Assembly (NCBI GenBank): GCA_013239625.1
Contig: MU053652.1
Coordinates: forward strand, 6,873,902 to 6,937,901
DNA length: 64,000 nucleotides
Reading direction: 5' to 3'
Source: Lama guanicoe
Taxonomy: Eukaryota
Below the pieces are notes generated by a model. The model saw only the letters and a program-made list of their open reading frames with translations, was not told the DNA's origin and did not search any database. Position 1 is the stretch's first letter, and each line of letters begins with the position of its first letter. Both the position numbers and the translations under genes were made by a program. Below, piece after piece: positions 51,401 through 64,000 of this stretch.

Positions 51401-51834
51401 TGTTTGTTATATTCCTTAAAGGTTAATAACAAGAGGTTTTTTTGCTATAGCAAATCTTCAATATTGTCAACAATCAAAATTAATGTATTACTTTTTTAGC
51501 TTAAAAAATGCCAGTTCACTAAAAAATAATAAAAAAAATCACAACATACCTTGGAAAGGTATCTTCAATTTAAACAAATACAAATCTTTGGAGTCTTTTT
51601 TTTGATTTCTCTCTATACAATTAGTTGCCAGCAAAGTCATCCCTTCACTGAGTCTTTAATATATTTATTTTTCTAATCCTCCTGGAAAGCAAGAATTTTA
51701 ACTATACTAATATTAAATCACCCACAGCAATTATAATAGTATGAAAAAAAAACCTTAAAAATTCAATTAGAATATGTTTAAAATATGGAAAAAAATCAGT
51801 ATATTCAGCCACCAATAAAAATACTTTCCATGAA

Positions 51835-53342
51835 GAATTAACTGCTACAAGGAATTTCCCTCCCAACATAGACACTTAAAAATATCCAAAATCACAAACA
51901 AATATATGAACCAACTATGTTTAGTCACTGGACAAAAGTCAGTGCAAGAGTATGGCAATGAGATGAGCCCTACACTTGCTCCAGGTTACTGCCTAGATGC
52001 CATTTCCAGGCCATTGCAGAGGGAGAGAAACCCAAGTAAAGTCCAGTAGTCAGTAAGCTAAGCAGACAGAGACTGGAATTTGGGAAAGGAGATCAGAGTC
52101 TTGGGGCAGAAGACCAGAGAGAATAGAGTCGCACTGAGAGAAACAGACCTCCAGAACTCTGCAAAGAGGTTACCCTTAAATATTTGTCTAAATGTCTAAA
52201 ATCTCAGCAAATTTGAAGTGAAAATACACTAGGCTTCAAAAAGTATCATGGAGAGGTAGGCCAAAGAATCTTGGAGAATACTTACAAATAGTTTGCTTTT
52301 TACTGGCCCAAGTAGATCATGGGGTATTGGGTAGAGTATTCAGAAACTAATTATCTCAGGACCGATACCTAATTAGCTCTGAACTAAAGGCTGGGCGCAA
52401 CTAACAAAGGTTAAAAGTAAGCTTTCACAGGATCCAAATCATCTCAACACTTTAACTACTTGCCAGAATAAAGCCTTACACTCTCTAAGAAATATAACAA
52501 AATCCAACAAAGCAAAATTCATAGTGCACAGCATCCAATCAAAAATTGTCAGGGACGCAAAGTAACAAGATAATACGGCTCACTACCACTGAAAAATTAG
52601 TAAATAGAAAGAAGCCCAGAATTGATACAGATGATGAACTTAGTAGAAAAAAAACTTAAAAAACTGTTGTCAATATGATATATGTGACACTGAAGAATAT
52701 ACATAAAAACATAAATATGCTGTGGATGGAAGTGGGAAATGCTAAAAAGCCCTAGTCAATCAGAGGTGAAAATTACAATATTTGAAATGACAGCTACATT
52801 GGATGGGATAAACAACAGAATAGAGACTGCAGAACAAGGGATCAATTAATTAAAGATAAAGAAGTAGCTTCCGAAACAAAGCATAATGTTTTTAAAAGAC
52901 TGGAAAAAAAATCATATTAATCTAAGCTAATTAACATATATATAGTTGGAATTATCGAAAGAGGACAGTAGAAAAAATTGAAGTGAAAAATCTGTAATTT
53001 TTCCAAATTTGATAAAAATTATGAACTCTTAGATTTAAGATTTCAGATCCAAGAATCTCAATGAAACTTAAGCCATACAAGCATAAAGAAACCACAATAA
53101 AGCACAACATAACAAATTGCTAAAAAAAACAGTGATGAGAAAGTTTTAAAAGGTACCAGAGAATAAAGACACATCATGTACACAGGAACAGATATGAGAA
53201 TGACAATAGACTTTTCATAAGATATTTTGTGAGTCATAGATGTAACATCATCTTTAAAATGTTGAAGGTAAAAAAAAAAAAACCCTATCAACTTAGAATT
53301 CAATGCTCAGTAAACAGCTTTCAAAATTAAAGGTAAAGTAAG
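51835..53342 (+). mobile_element. Old L1 5' UTR and ORF1 fragment
   Basis: 'ttggatgggataaacaacagaatagagactgcagaacaaggg...ttttccaaatttgataaaa...gacacatcatgtacacaggaac...atcaacttagaattc...ctttcaaaattaaaggtaaagtaag'. Confidence 0.8.
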
Positions 53343-54020
53343 ATTTCTGCGCCTTCCTGTGCAGCACAAATTTTTCCTGGGACAAGAAAGAAATTTAGAA
53401 AAGTTCCATTAGGAACTCATTTTGCCGCATTGCATCTCAATTTTTGGCAGTGGCTCCAGGTTCTGTGGTCAGGTTGAAATTTCTAAGGACACTCAGGCAT
53501 GGGGGTAATACTTTCTTCAAGTTTTCCAGGAAGGCAAAAGTGGTTCCTGAACCCCCAAGTAGACTCAGAAAAAATTTTAGTAGCTCTGGTGGTGCGAGAG
53601 GCACTCGCTGGGTCTTCCAGCCCGGCACGACAGTTTTTTGGGCCCTGTAAGGGACTTGTCATTTTACTATAGAAGCTCGACCAGGTAACTAGCATTGGCA
53701 CTGAGTCTCAATTTTCGGCAGTGCTGGTTCTGGGGTTCTGAGGTAGGTAGAGAATTTTGAGATTGGTCAGACAGGAGTAAGTCTCTGCTGCTTCCAAGAA
53801 AGCAAGAGAGGTTTCTGGGCTCTCGTGGTGGCTGTGACAGTTCAAAGAGCCACCCTCTCAGGGGGTTTCCAAGCCAGCACAAGTATGTGCTGAGTCGTTC
53901 GAGGGAACCTACAAAATTTTCTCTGGCTCAAGCAGATCTAGAGTTTTATCCCTGTGGTGATCCTGCTAGCACATACAGTTCCATGCTTCTGGAGGGGGAC
54001 TTAGACTATTTCAGGATTCT
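53343..54020. repeat. Diverged satellite-like tandem repeat, ~268-271-bp period, ~2.5 monomers
   Basis: tctcaatttttggcagtg (53435) vs tctcaattttcggcagtg (53706); ttccaggaaggcaaaagtggttcctg (53524) vs ttccaagaaagcaagagaggtttctg (53792); further colinear matches. Confidence 0.7.
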
Positions 54021-54021
54021 G

Positions 54022-54200
54022 GAACAAACACCTCCAAATTCAGTGACTTAAACAACATCTTCAGTTCTCATGAGTGTGCAGGTGGGCTGGGTGCTTCTGT
54101 TAATCTTGTCGGGTTCGGTGATTCCGCTCAGACTCACTCATACAGTTGCTTGCTGGGTGGTTAGGATGAGGGCTGGCTATTGTACAATGTCCCTGACAGA
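54022..54200 (-). mobile_element. MLT1-type LTR fragment
   Basis: 'aacaaacacctccaaattcagtgacttaaacaaca...ttctcatgagtgtgcaggtgggctggg...gactcactcatacagttgc'. Confidence 0.6.
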
Positions 54201-55709
54201 TTTAGCCAGTTTCAAGAGTGTCACAGAAAAGGTCAGGAAATGAAAAAAAGAGTAAAAAGACAGAAAACACTTTTAGAGTCACAAATATCATGGATATCAA
54301 GGATTCAACTTAGGAAATCTTCTCTTAGTCTTGACTGACTTACCTATCTGTTAAATATTCCTTTATTATAAGAGACTTCTCACACCTACCTTATATGGAT
54401 GCTTAAGCCATTAGCTACTGTGTCTTATTTTCTAAAAACAAACAGAGAAACAAAAATAATTTTTTTTCAGAACCAGTAAGACATGAAATTTCTCTCTTTC
54501 ATACACACACACACACACAGAGAAAATTTTTCATTTCTTGACCAATTCATGTTACTAGTAATTTTATAGTTATTAGATTTCTTTAAATGATAACCAGTTT
54601 CTAGCTAATAGTCTCAGATTGATGAATTTGCTAAATTACTCTAGAACATCTCAGGAACAGCATGGTGCCTTCCTATTGGTGGGGGGTGGGGGGAGGGGAT
54701 TGTTCCTCCCCAGATCCCAACTACATTGTTGTAGAGGAAATTATCTATCATTATACTCAAGAACTTCTAACGGTATTTTGGGGGGAGCAAAATCAGACTG
54801 ATTAATTCATTCCACCAGAACTTTTTAAATCTGAGGACTGAAGTATGATGCGCAATGTGCCTTGCAGAGCACAACTGAAATACGCTAGCCGGAGAGCTGG
54901 CACTGCTACGGAGCATTAGCTGCTCAGCTGTAAAAAAGCCTGAATGATGAGAGAAAATACTAAGGTGAAGATGCAGAGAATGAGCCACATCTGATTCTTT
55001 CAAATTTCTGTTCTCAGTCATTTCTAACAAAGGCTAATGCTTTGTGATTCCTAAAGTCTGGGTAGGTTAGCCATAAATTCCACTCTCTGAGTAAATGTGT
55101 TCCAGTTGGATTTCTGCCGTTTGTAGCCAAAATGAATCCTGGTTGAATATCCTCATAAATGTCCTATTTTTTTCTAGGACTGATTTTTCTCTGACTCATC
55201 TATTATATTCGGCAGCTGCATGGTCTGAGCCTGGATTAATGCTCATCATAGAGAGAGAATCAGGTTTCAGAAGCAGAATTTATGACCCTTCATGTTCTAG
55301 ATTTCAACAGCTTCTTTTAGATTATGGAAGAACTGAAATATTTTTAGCCTCTATTGATGGGCTAACATTTTGGTAACAAAGATCACTGTAGTATATAAAT
55401 TTGAATTATAAGTCCTAAATAAAAATTAAATCATTGCTCAGCAATTTAAATCTATTCCTACTTGTCCAAAAAAATAATGGTCTTTATTTTTTACTAGCCT
55501 TTTATTTTTCTTACATCCATACAGTCATCTGTACATTCATTCAGAATGTATTTGCTAAAAACCCAAGATGTTTCAGGTGCACAATGAGAACACACTATCA
55601 TACAAACATTTTAAATCACCGTTCACTACTTTGTTTTAAAGTTGAATTTGCTAGCCACATTTATTTTACTTGGAAAATAAAACATTTTATACAACATTGA
55701 TAGTCTTTA

Positions 55710-56089
55710 TGTGATGGTTAATTTTATGTGTCAGATTGACTGGGCTAAGGGATGCCCGGAGAGGTGGTAAAACATTATTTCTAGGTGTGTCTGTGAGGGT
55801 GTTTCTGGAAAAGATTAGCATTTGAACTGGTAGACTAAGTGAAAAAGAGTGTCTTCACCAGGGCTGCTGGGCATCTTCCAACCTGCAGTGGGCCCAAAGA
55901 GAACACGAAGGTGGAGGAAGAGTGCATTTACTTCCTGTTTGAGCTGGACATCCGTCTTTTCCTGCTCTCAGACACTGGCAGACTTCTCAGCCATCATCAT
56001 CATGTGAACCAATCCCTCATAATAAATCTCTTTACTAACAGGCTATAATGTAGCCTATTAGTTCTGTTTCTCTACAGGATCCTAATACA
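55710..56089 (+). mobile_element. MLT2-type (ERVL) solo LTR
   Basis: Begins 'tgtgatggttaattttatgtgtcagattgactgggctaagggatgccc'; ends 'tagttctgtttctctacaggatcctaataca'. Confidence 0.9.
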
Positions 56090-56869
56090 TCCTTTAGAAT
56101 AGTTGAGTTAATCAAAACCAGATGAATGAGGTCAGAATCTGAAGGTAATTTATCACAGGAGTGGGGAGAAAATCAACCTCATGTGCCAAACACAGTTTAT
56201 CATTTTAATAAAGTTTTTTCATAATTCTAAAAGTTGTTCTTTCCTAAAACAAACACGGAAAATCCCAAGGTTACTAGTCAATTGTCCTTGCAAGTATTTA
56301 AATTCATGCATATTATGAGAAAGGATCTTTCCCTCTTTTTGGAAAAAAATATTCTTAAGAAACAAGATATAGAATAAGTATAGATTTCACTTAATTTTCA
56401 CAGTAACTACCATGTAAATATTTGCTATTACCTTTCTTTGCAAATGAAAGTAACAGAGAAATCCATTGCTTTGCATGATCAAAAGCACTTGTGTGAACAG
56501 CTTCTTAAATATTATCATTAAAGTTTTAACACCAAATATTAGCCTGACATTTGTGGCTTCAGGTCTCAACTCCAATTTTAATCAAAATTGGATGAAAAAC
56601 GTCTGGTGCTTGTAACATATATCTAACCCACAAAAGGATCAGAGTTCAGAAAAGAGGCCACCAGACAAATATCTAAAAACATTACAAAGTAATTAGCTTG
56701 ACCAAAGAGTGTTTAGAAAAGACAGTCAAGATACAGGGGCTAGAGAAATTCAGTATTCTTGAATTGGTGGAGCCAAAAAAGGCCCCACAGAAGGAATGAA
56801 ATTTCATCTGAATCTAGAACAAATGAGATTTTTCTAGAGGGGGAAAAAAGTAGATTAGAAGGCAGCAGC

Positions 56870-57225
56870 AGTTTATTCCCTCACAGGTCCCAAGACTAGA
56901 GGTCCTAAATCAAGATGTTGCAGGGCCCTGCTCTCCGAAGCCTCTGGGGCAGGATTCTTCCTGGCCTCTTCCAGCTTCTGTTCGTCCCAGGAATTTCTTG
57001 GTTTGTGACAGCATAACAATCTCCACCCTCTTTTTCACAAAGCCATTTTCTCCCAGTGTCTCTTCTTCTCTTCTTATAAGGATACTGATCACACCGGATT
57101 AACAGCCCATCCTTTTCATCTTACCTCATTTTATTTGCAATGACTTCTTCCAAATAAGGTCAAATTCTGAGGTACTAGGGGTTAGGACTTCAACATACCT
57201 CTTTGAGGGAGACAATTTAGCCATC
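56870..57225 (-). mobile_element. MLT1-type MaLR LTR
   Basis: 'tttattccctcacaggtcccaagactagaggtcctaaatcaagatgttgcagggcc...ttccaaataaggtcaaattctgaggtactaggggttaggacttcaacata'. Confidence 0.85.
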
Positions 57226-57799
57226 TAAGGGCACTCTAAGCAGAAGAAACAGCTTTTAAAAACATCCTAAATTTCACAAATAATCTTTGGTTTAGATTTA
57301 AAGAAACATTTTGTCCTGATTTTTCTTTAGGAGAATCATCAACTTCTCTATACTACCCCAAATTTCGAGCATAGAATAATCTTTAAGATACAGTAAAAAT
57401 CACTTTGCTATATTTCAAGCCTGGCTTTTTTTTTTAACATTTTTAATATTTTAAAATTTTCTTGAATATCAGTTGTTATTTTAGAAAAACTTGCTAAAAA
57501 TGCTTTTTTCACACCACAAAGAAATAGTTGTTCAAGACTGGCTTTTATGAGAATGGAAGGTTTTCAAACTCAGTTAAGGGGTAGAGGAAAGTAGGGTAAA
57601 ATCAGGGCTGCTCTAGTTAAGATTTCCTTCCCGGATAAAGCATTGTGATGTCTCTCTTTCTGTCATCCCAATTCCTATATTCATTCAGCAGAACCTCTTG
57701 GCGATTATCATCAATCCCTTTTGCCTTAAAATATCTTATCACTGTCTTTCTATTTCATAGGAAATTTTTATACTTATAGAAAATTTTAAGGTTTAATAT

Positions 57800-58230
57800 T
57801 GCTATGAGTTGAATTTTGCCCCCTCAAAATAGGTATGCTTGAGTCGTAACACCCAGTATCTTAGTGACCTTATTTGGAGACAGGGTCTTGACAGAAATAA
57901 TCAAGTTAAAGTCATTAGAGCAGACCTTAATCTGATATAACTGGAATCATTACAGAAAGGGGAAAGTAGGATAGAGACACGTGCACAGGGAGAACACCAG
58001 GAGAAGATGAAGGCAGAGACTGGGTGATGCATCTATAAGCCAAAGAATGTCAGAGGTTGCCAGCAAACCATCAGACACCAGGAGAGAGGCATGGAACACT
58101 ATCTCCCTCATAGCCCTCAAAAGGAACCAACTCGGCTGACACCTCGATCCTGGACTTCTATTCTCTAGAACTGTGAGACAATAAATTGCTGTGGTGGGAT
58201 TTTGCTATAACAGCCCTAGACACTAACACA
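57800..58230 (+). mobile_element. MLT1B-like MaLR solo LTR
   Basis: 'tgctatgagttgaattttgccccctcaaaa...gtgaccttatttggagacagggtctt...ctagaactgtgagacaataaatt...cagccctagacactaacaca'; 5-bp TSD AATAT / AACAT. Confidence 0.9.
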
Positions 58231-58714
58231 AACATGCAAGAAACACAAGTGCTAAGACATTTTAGGCGTGTATTACAAGTAGAAAGAATTCACACAAAAA
58301 GGACATAACGGAAATGAGGCAAGTATTTCTTTCAGTTTAGAGTGAGGATGTCAGTGGAAAGGTGGCTCTCCTATCTCTCCATCCTCATCTAGTCTTGCTC
58401 CCTTCCTTGTCCCCAGATGTCTATGCTGTAGAAGGAGCGGCCTTATTTCACATTCTCTAATGTGCCATGGTCCCTGATCCCTCACACATTCTGTTCCTTC
58501 CAACTGTGTAACCTTTCACTTATTCATACAGCAACCTAAATGTTACTTCCTGCCAGAGGACTTCTAGACCCCCAAGAATAAGTTAGGTTCCCCAAAGCCC
58601 GATTTTTCTCTGTCACTGTTCAAGATAATGCTTTTGTAATTTTTATTTAATGTCTGTCTAGACCACTGTTAGAGCAAAGACTAAGTATGCTGGTAACTAT
58701 TATATTCCTAGAAA

Positions 58715-58881
58715 CTGGTTGATTTCTTGGCACATTTCTTGTTGACCATATAATTATCCTACATTCTGACAACATGTGATAATAATACCTGGTTGATTTC
58801 TTGGCACATACTTGTGCACTCAAAGCATTTCTCTTGTTGACCATATAATTATCCTACATTCTGACAACATGTGATAATAAT
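58715..58881 (+). repeat. Local tandem duplication (~72-bp and ~93-bp copies)
   Basis: 'ctggttgatttcttggcacat...cttgttgaccatataattatcctacattctgacaacatgtgataataat' at 58715-58786 and 58789-58881; the second copy has ~21 extra internal bases. Confidence 0.92.
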
Positions 58882-60045
58882 TAGAACAATGTTAGAAATA
58901 GGGTTTTTTTCAAAAGGGCAATTACTGGTGCCCAGCTGAAACTGTTCACACATTTAGTGTCTATACTATTTAATGAAAGAGTATGACAGTGCTAAAATGT
59001 CCTGAGATTACTGGATCCAGTACAGTCTCCATTTCCTTTCTTCATTGCTCCAGGACCAAAAACACCATCACCACTCTGCAGGGAATTCTAGTAGAAACCT
59101 AAGTTTCTTACTAGAGTATTTTACATGCTAATTCAAAGACAGCCCTGTGCAAGTATGCTGCTGTAGCTATACTGCAGTGGTTTAGGTTATAGTTACTTTC
59201 AAGAAGAAAGTACTGTTTTGTTGAAGGCTTTATCACTAGTTTAATGCTACTCAACTCACATGCTCTTGAAATTAGACTAGAATCCTATTAAAAAGACATC
59301 TGAGTAGCAACAGGTAGAATATCTTCTCAGTAGCCTTTTATAAATATTTAACACTATAATCTATTTTATGAGGTATAATAAAAACTCACTTTCTAGAACA
59401 ACTGAATGCAGTTGCATTTGAATACAGTCTTGATTCTCTATGATGAGCTGACCTAAGTTTTAAATGTTTGTTTTAAGATACATAAACAAATTAGAAATTT
59501 CACTTGTATTCACCTGAGAGGCTCTAAGGCTGTTTCTAAAATATATATATAATTTTGAAAATTAAAATTATTTAATTATAAAAATTGTACCTAATTTAAA
59601 ACATACATATATAAATGTTCACAAGAGTATAAAAAAAATTGAGTCTCCTTCTTATCCAAGATCTAATTTGCACTCAGAGATTACTGTCAACAATAGTTTG
59701 TTTTCCTTTCAGAAAATTCCAGTAACTGAATATTTACACATATCTGCATATACATCTTTTTATTCTGCTGACAAATGGAATAAACTATATGGACAATTTT
59801 GTATTTTTCTACTAAAGATACACTTTAAATATCTTTACACAGTAGCAAATACAAAAGTGTTTCTGCTTCATTAAAATCTATATAATATCCTATTATACAA
59901 ATATGTCTAATTTATTTAGCCTGTCTCTCCATTATGGTATTTAGGTTGTTTGTATATTTTTATATTAAAATTGATGGTACAAAAAGCATTTGCTACATAC
60001 ATCTACATACAGCAATCAAAGTATATGTTTAGTATCAGTTGCTAC

Positions 60046-60909
60046 NNNNNNNNNNNNNNNNNNNNNNNNNNNNNNNNNNNNNNNNNNNNNNNNNNNNNNN
60101 NNNNNNNNNNNNNNNNNNNNNNNNNNNNNNNNNNNNNNNNNNNNNNNNNNNNNNNNNNNNNNNNNNNNNNNNNNNNNNNNNNNNNNNNNNNNNNNNNNNN
60201 NNNNNNNNNNNNNNNNNNNNNNNNNNNNNNNNNNNNNNNNNNNNNNNNNNNNNNNNNNNNNNNNNNNNNNNNNNNNNNNNNNNNNNNNNNNNNNNNNNNN
60301 NNNNNNNNNNNNNNNNNNNNNNNNNNNNNNNNNNNNNNNNNNNNNNNNNNNNNNNNNNNNNNNNNNNNNNNNNNNNNNNNNNNNNNNNNNNNNNNNNNNN
60401 NNNNNNNNNNNNNNNNNNNNNNNNNNNNNNNNNNNNNNNNNNNNNNNNNNNNNNNNNNNNNNNNNNNNNNNNNNNNNNNNNNNNNNNNNNNNNNNNNNNN
60501 NNNNNNNNNNNNNNNNNNNNNNNNNNNNNNNNNNNNNNNNNNNNNNNNNNNNNNNNNNNNNNNNNNNNNNNNNNNNNNNNNNNNNNNNNNNNNNNNNNNN
60601 NNNNNNNNNNNNNNNNNNNNNNNNNNNNNNNNNNNNNNNNNNNNNNNNNNNNNNNNNNNNNNNNNNNNNNNNNNNNNNNNNNNNNNNNNNNNNNNNNNNN
60701 NNNNNNNNNNNNNNNNNNNNNNNNNNNNNNNNNNNNNNNNNNNNNNNNNNNNNNNNNNNNNNNNNNNNNNNNNNNNNNNNNNNNNNNNNNNNNNNNNNNN
60801 NNNNNNNNNNNNNNNNNNNNNNNNNNNNNNNNNNNNNNNNNNNNNNNNNNNNNNNNNNNNNNNNNNNNNNNNNNNNNNNNNNNNNNNNNNNNNNNNNNNN
60901 NNNNNNNNN
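60046..60909. other. Assembly gap (864 N)
   Basis: Run of N. Confidence 1.
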
Positions 60910-61093
60910 ACAACTGGAAAGGTGATAACTCATGAATTACAAATAAAGAAAACACAAAATTATAAAAGAAGACATACAAATCACTGAGAGTGGGAGAGGG
61001 AGGCAGGGAAATATAGAATATTTTTTTCTTTCTTTTTAAAATTTTTTTAACAGTAGGATGGGTTTTAGATCATGTTATTATCAGTTTATTAAA
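60910..61093 (+). mobile_element. Young L1 fragment (ORF1 end / inter-ORF spacer) abutting the gap
   Basis: Similar in reverse to 30040-30220 of the L1 at 28.5-30.4 kb ('gtgggagagggagg', 'taggatgggttttaga', 'tattatcagttta'). Confidence 0.55.
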
Positions 61094-64000
61094 CCTTCAA
61101 ATATGCTTACATATTAGACTCTACGTTAGAGGAAACAGGGAGCTTAAATTAGTTGAAAGATCACGTGGATAGACGAAGTCTTTGAATTCATGTCTGCCTG
61201 ATTTCAAAGCTTTGAGCTCATGAAATTCCATAATTCAGAAGTAAGGAGTATTTCAGTAGCCCTTAGCGCTCTGGAAACATGTTCAAGTTCTGCTTTCACC
61301 TGAAGAAAATTTTTTGTTACTGGAAATAATATTGTTATAAATTTTCATTAAATATTGATGTATTCTATTTTCAGAAAGGTTACTAAATCCTGTCCTTTAT
61401 ACAGGATTTTACATTAGATGAGACTCCTGGAAAAAGCAAAATTGTATTCTAATTATAGAAAAAGAAGGTGAAATAGACCCATAAAGAGTGTAACACTCTT
61501 AGTATATGATTCATTTTACAAACGGCTGCATTTCCATCATATACTTGTTAGGGAAGCCAAATCCACACTAAGAAATGATATCATGTACAATATGATTTAA
61601 TTTGAATGCAAAGTTGGTATATATATTTGGGTTTTTAAATTTTGTTCTGTATAAGAATACTCATGGTAAGTGATGGGCTAAGTTTTTAGATTCAAAGAAA
61701 TATTTAAGAGGTAGAAACACGTTCACATGTATGAAGGCACTCATAAGGCCACAGTTAGGGTGGAGTGGATACTACTTCCTGACAGTTTTTTTCCCTTTTT
61801 TGAATTTCCTCTTTTCCAGTAATGTGCCCTGGCTTCAGTTGTCTTTGATGTACCTCAGAATAAAGAGTGCACATGGGCAGGGCAGCGGAAAAGGAGGCAT
61901 CACTGATTAGTACCCCTTAGATAGAATAGATGTCAGAGTGGTAGGGTGTCCAAGGGGTTGGGATAGAGGATATTATGGAGAATTCATGTAGAATCTGGAG
62001 ATTATATCACATTCCAAAGATCAGAAAAATGCTCTCCTTAAAGAGGACCTCTAAGAATGATCACTAAGCTATTTGAGTTGTCCTGTTACACAACTATTTT
62101 TAAAAACCAGATTGATGTAGACTTGGTAAGAAAATAACTGGGGTTTTGGAGTCAGTCCAATTTGCAGCTTCGTCACAATAAAACTGTAGTAATTCAGGTT
62201 ATTAAATGTCTGATGACTTAGCTTCCTCCTTTGTAAACTGTGGACAGTGTCTCCCCATAAGATGCTGTAAGTATTGAAATACAAAGTATAAAATGACAGA
62301 CACACAGTAAGAATATAATAAAGGCTACTATCTTTCCTACAAGTATGTGTTTTATGAGTCACTGGAAAAGGTATTATTCTGGAGGTACTATTATTACCAT
62401 ATATATTTTTAATTTTAGCTTATTCCTCCTATCAGAATTATAAAGAAGAATGACTATTTCATATGAAAGTATAATGCCTTAGTTGCCTATTCAAATCGAC
62501 AAAGCTAAGCTTAAAAAATTTAAGCCAAAGTCAACTAAAAGTTACAATGCTTTCCAGAAAGATAAATAAAATTATTTGCCTGTTTTGAAGAATTTTAAAG
62601 GACATGGGAAAATGTCCACAACATAATTTTATATGAAAAAATAATCTACATAACTTTATATACAATAAAATGCCAAATATAACAGATAATAAGGAAACAC
62701 AGAAAGTTAAGACTAAATGGAAATGCATTTTAACATAACAATATTTACCTGAGGTGATTAGGTTATAGGTATTTTCCATTTTCTGTAATGTATGTGTCAA
62801 CTCGTGTGTGTGTAGCTAGATGTGTATGTGAGAGAAAGACAGAAACAGAGAGAAAGAGACAGAGACAGAGGGAAGTAGAGCTTCTTCAGGAATATTAGTT
62901 AGCTTGAAAACAGGAAATTTTTTATATCTAACAGCTTTTGGAGAAAAAAATAGACAATTTTACTTGAATTTCAGTTAAATTAAGAATAATATAATTATAA
63001 AACTAGATGCTTATTTTGGATAGTGTTATAGGTGTAACTTTGTGTAGTTACTTCATTTTTATGGGTTTTTTTCCTCACAATGTGTTCCTCAGTACTTCAA
63101 TTGCAACATAATAAACTTAAAGGGTGATAGGCACATTCAAAAAACAAAATATAAAAAAAAGAATTGTTCTACATTCAGAAAGTCTATAGAGAGTAAAGCT
63201 TTCAGACATCTTGTCTACGTTTCTTTACAGAACATGAAAAGACGACTTGGGAGTGTTAAATAGATTTCTCCTAACAGCCAGTTATTGGAAATTCTAGGGC
63301 CAGAATCACATTTTAAAAATTCATTTCTTTAATGCAAAAATTTTACTCTCATAGAGTATATAACTGCTCATATTTTTTTTTCAAATTTTACATCATATTA
63401 TATATTATGGAATTCATTGTTCCAAAAATTATACTAGTAATATATATTAGCCCCATGAATACTTTATATACTTTAAGCACTGCTGATTTGGTTAGCAGAA
63501 AGCTTGACTGAGATATTTTATAGCATAATTGAATTTTCCCATAAAAATAATTGCTTTGCATATGCTAGAAAATACACTACAGTCACATAGGACATGTTCC
63601 CCAGTACAAATTTTAATTTGAATTGGTTTGAGCACTTTGAGTATAGAGATAAATCATAGCTTTGATTTCTTCCACATGTATACAGACCTTAATAATGCTA
63701 AGAATTCTTAAATATTTGAGTATTACAATACCCATTCTAATATATGGAGACTTAAAAGTGAGTGATCATAAACCTAGTTCAGAGTTTTCACTAACAGATT
63801 GTGAAACAAGACCATTTTTACTCTTTATATCCATTATAGGTCTTCCTCTGAGACCTATAATAGGAACCCAAAAACATACAACAAAAAGGGAAACAATTTG
63901 AGCATCAAACTTTACAAATGGCCATATGCACAGATGATAAAATTTGACAAATACATTGAAATTTGAATCCAATTGGAGAACACTGCCATGTTTTAATATA

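Noticed and set aside
53437..53882. Overlapping ORFs suggesting a processed pseudogene
   Set aside because: No recognisable protein, poly(A) or TSD; the ~270-bp internal periodicity explains the segment better.
54830..55380. Possible host exons in unique sequence (also ~5280-5480 and ~31500-31950)
   Set aside because: No convincing splice-site pair with a recognisable reading frame; may be conserved non-coding DNA, which cannot be shown from sequence alone.
59950..60987. Long 298-345 aa ORFs in the track
   Set aside because: Artefacts of translating the N gap.

Overview
AT-rich, repeat-dense mammalian DNA, probably intronic or intergenic. I found no host protein-coding exon I can support, and nearly all listed short ORFs are spurious or transposon-derived. 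The tRNA-derived SINE at ~38.1 kb and the young L1 3' ends resemble camelid repeats; this species call is an inference from recall. The dominant feature is a 6.25-kb class I (gamma-like, ERV9/HERV-W/H-type) provirus at 13177-19426 with two LTRs, a tRNA-Lys PBS, gag with two zinc knuckles, protease fused in frame to the RNase H C-terminus (RT deleted), integrase and an env remnant carrying a nested solo LTR. It sits inside an MLT LTR, which sits inside an L2. The rest is L1, L2, MIR, MaLR/ERVL LTR and hAT fragments, microsatellites, two short tandem duplications and an 864-N gap. Most notable observations: (1) a young L1 3' end at ~44.8 kb with extreme strand-specific A-to-G (plus-strand T-to-C) hypermutation relative to a sister copy, suggesting ADAR-edited L1 RNA fixed by retrotransposition, with a base-calling artefact not excluded; (2) the same insertion has a displaced 30-bp target-site copy; (3) an orphan ~2.5-monomer fragment of a ~270-bp satellite at a junction between truncated repeats; (4) the RT-less provirus architecture. 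Boundaries of old repeats are approximate, and family names come from recall, not database searches.
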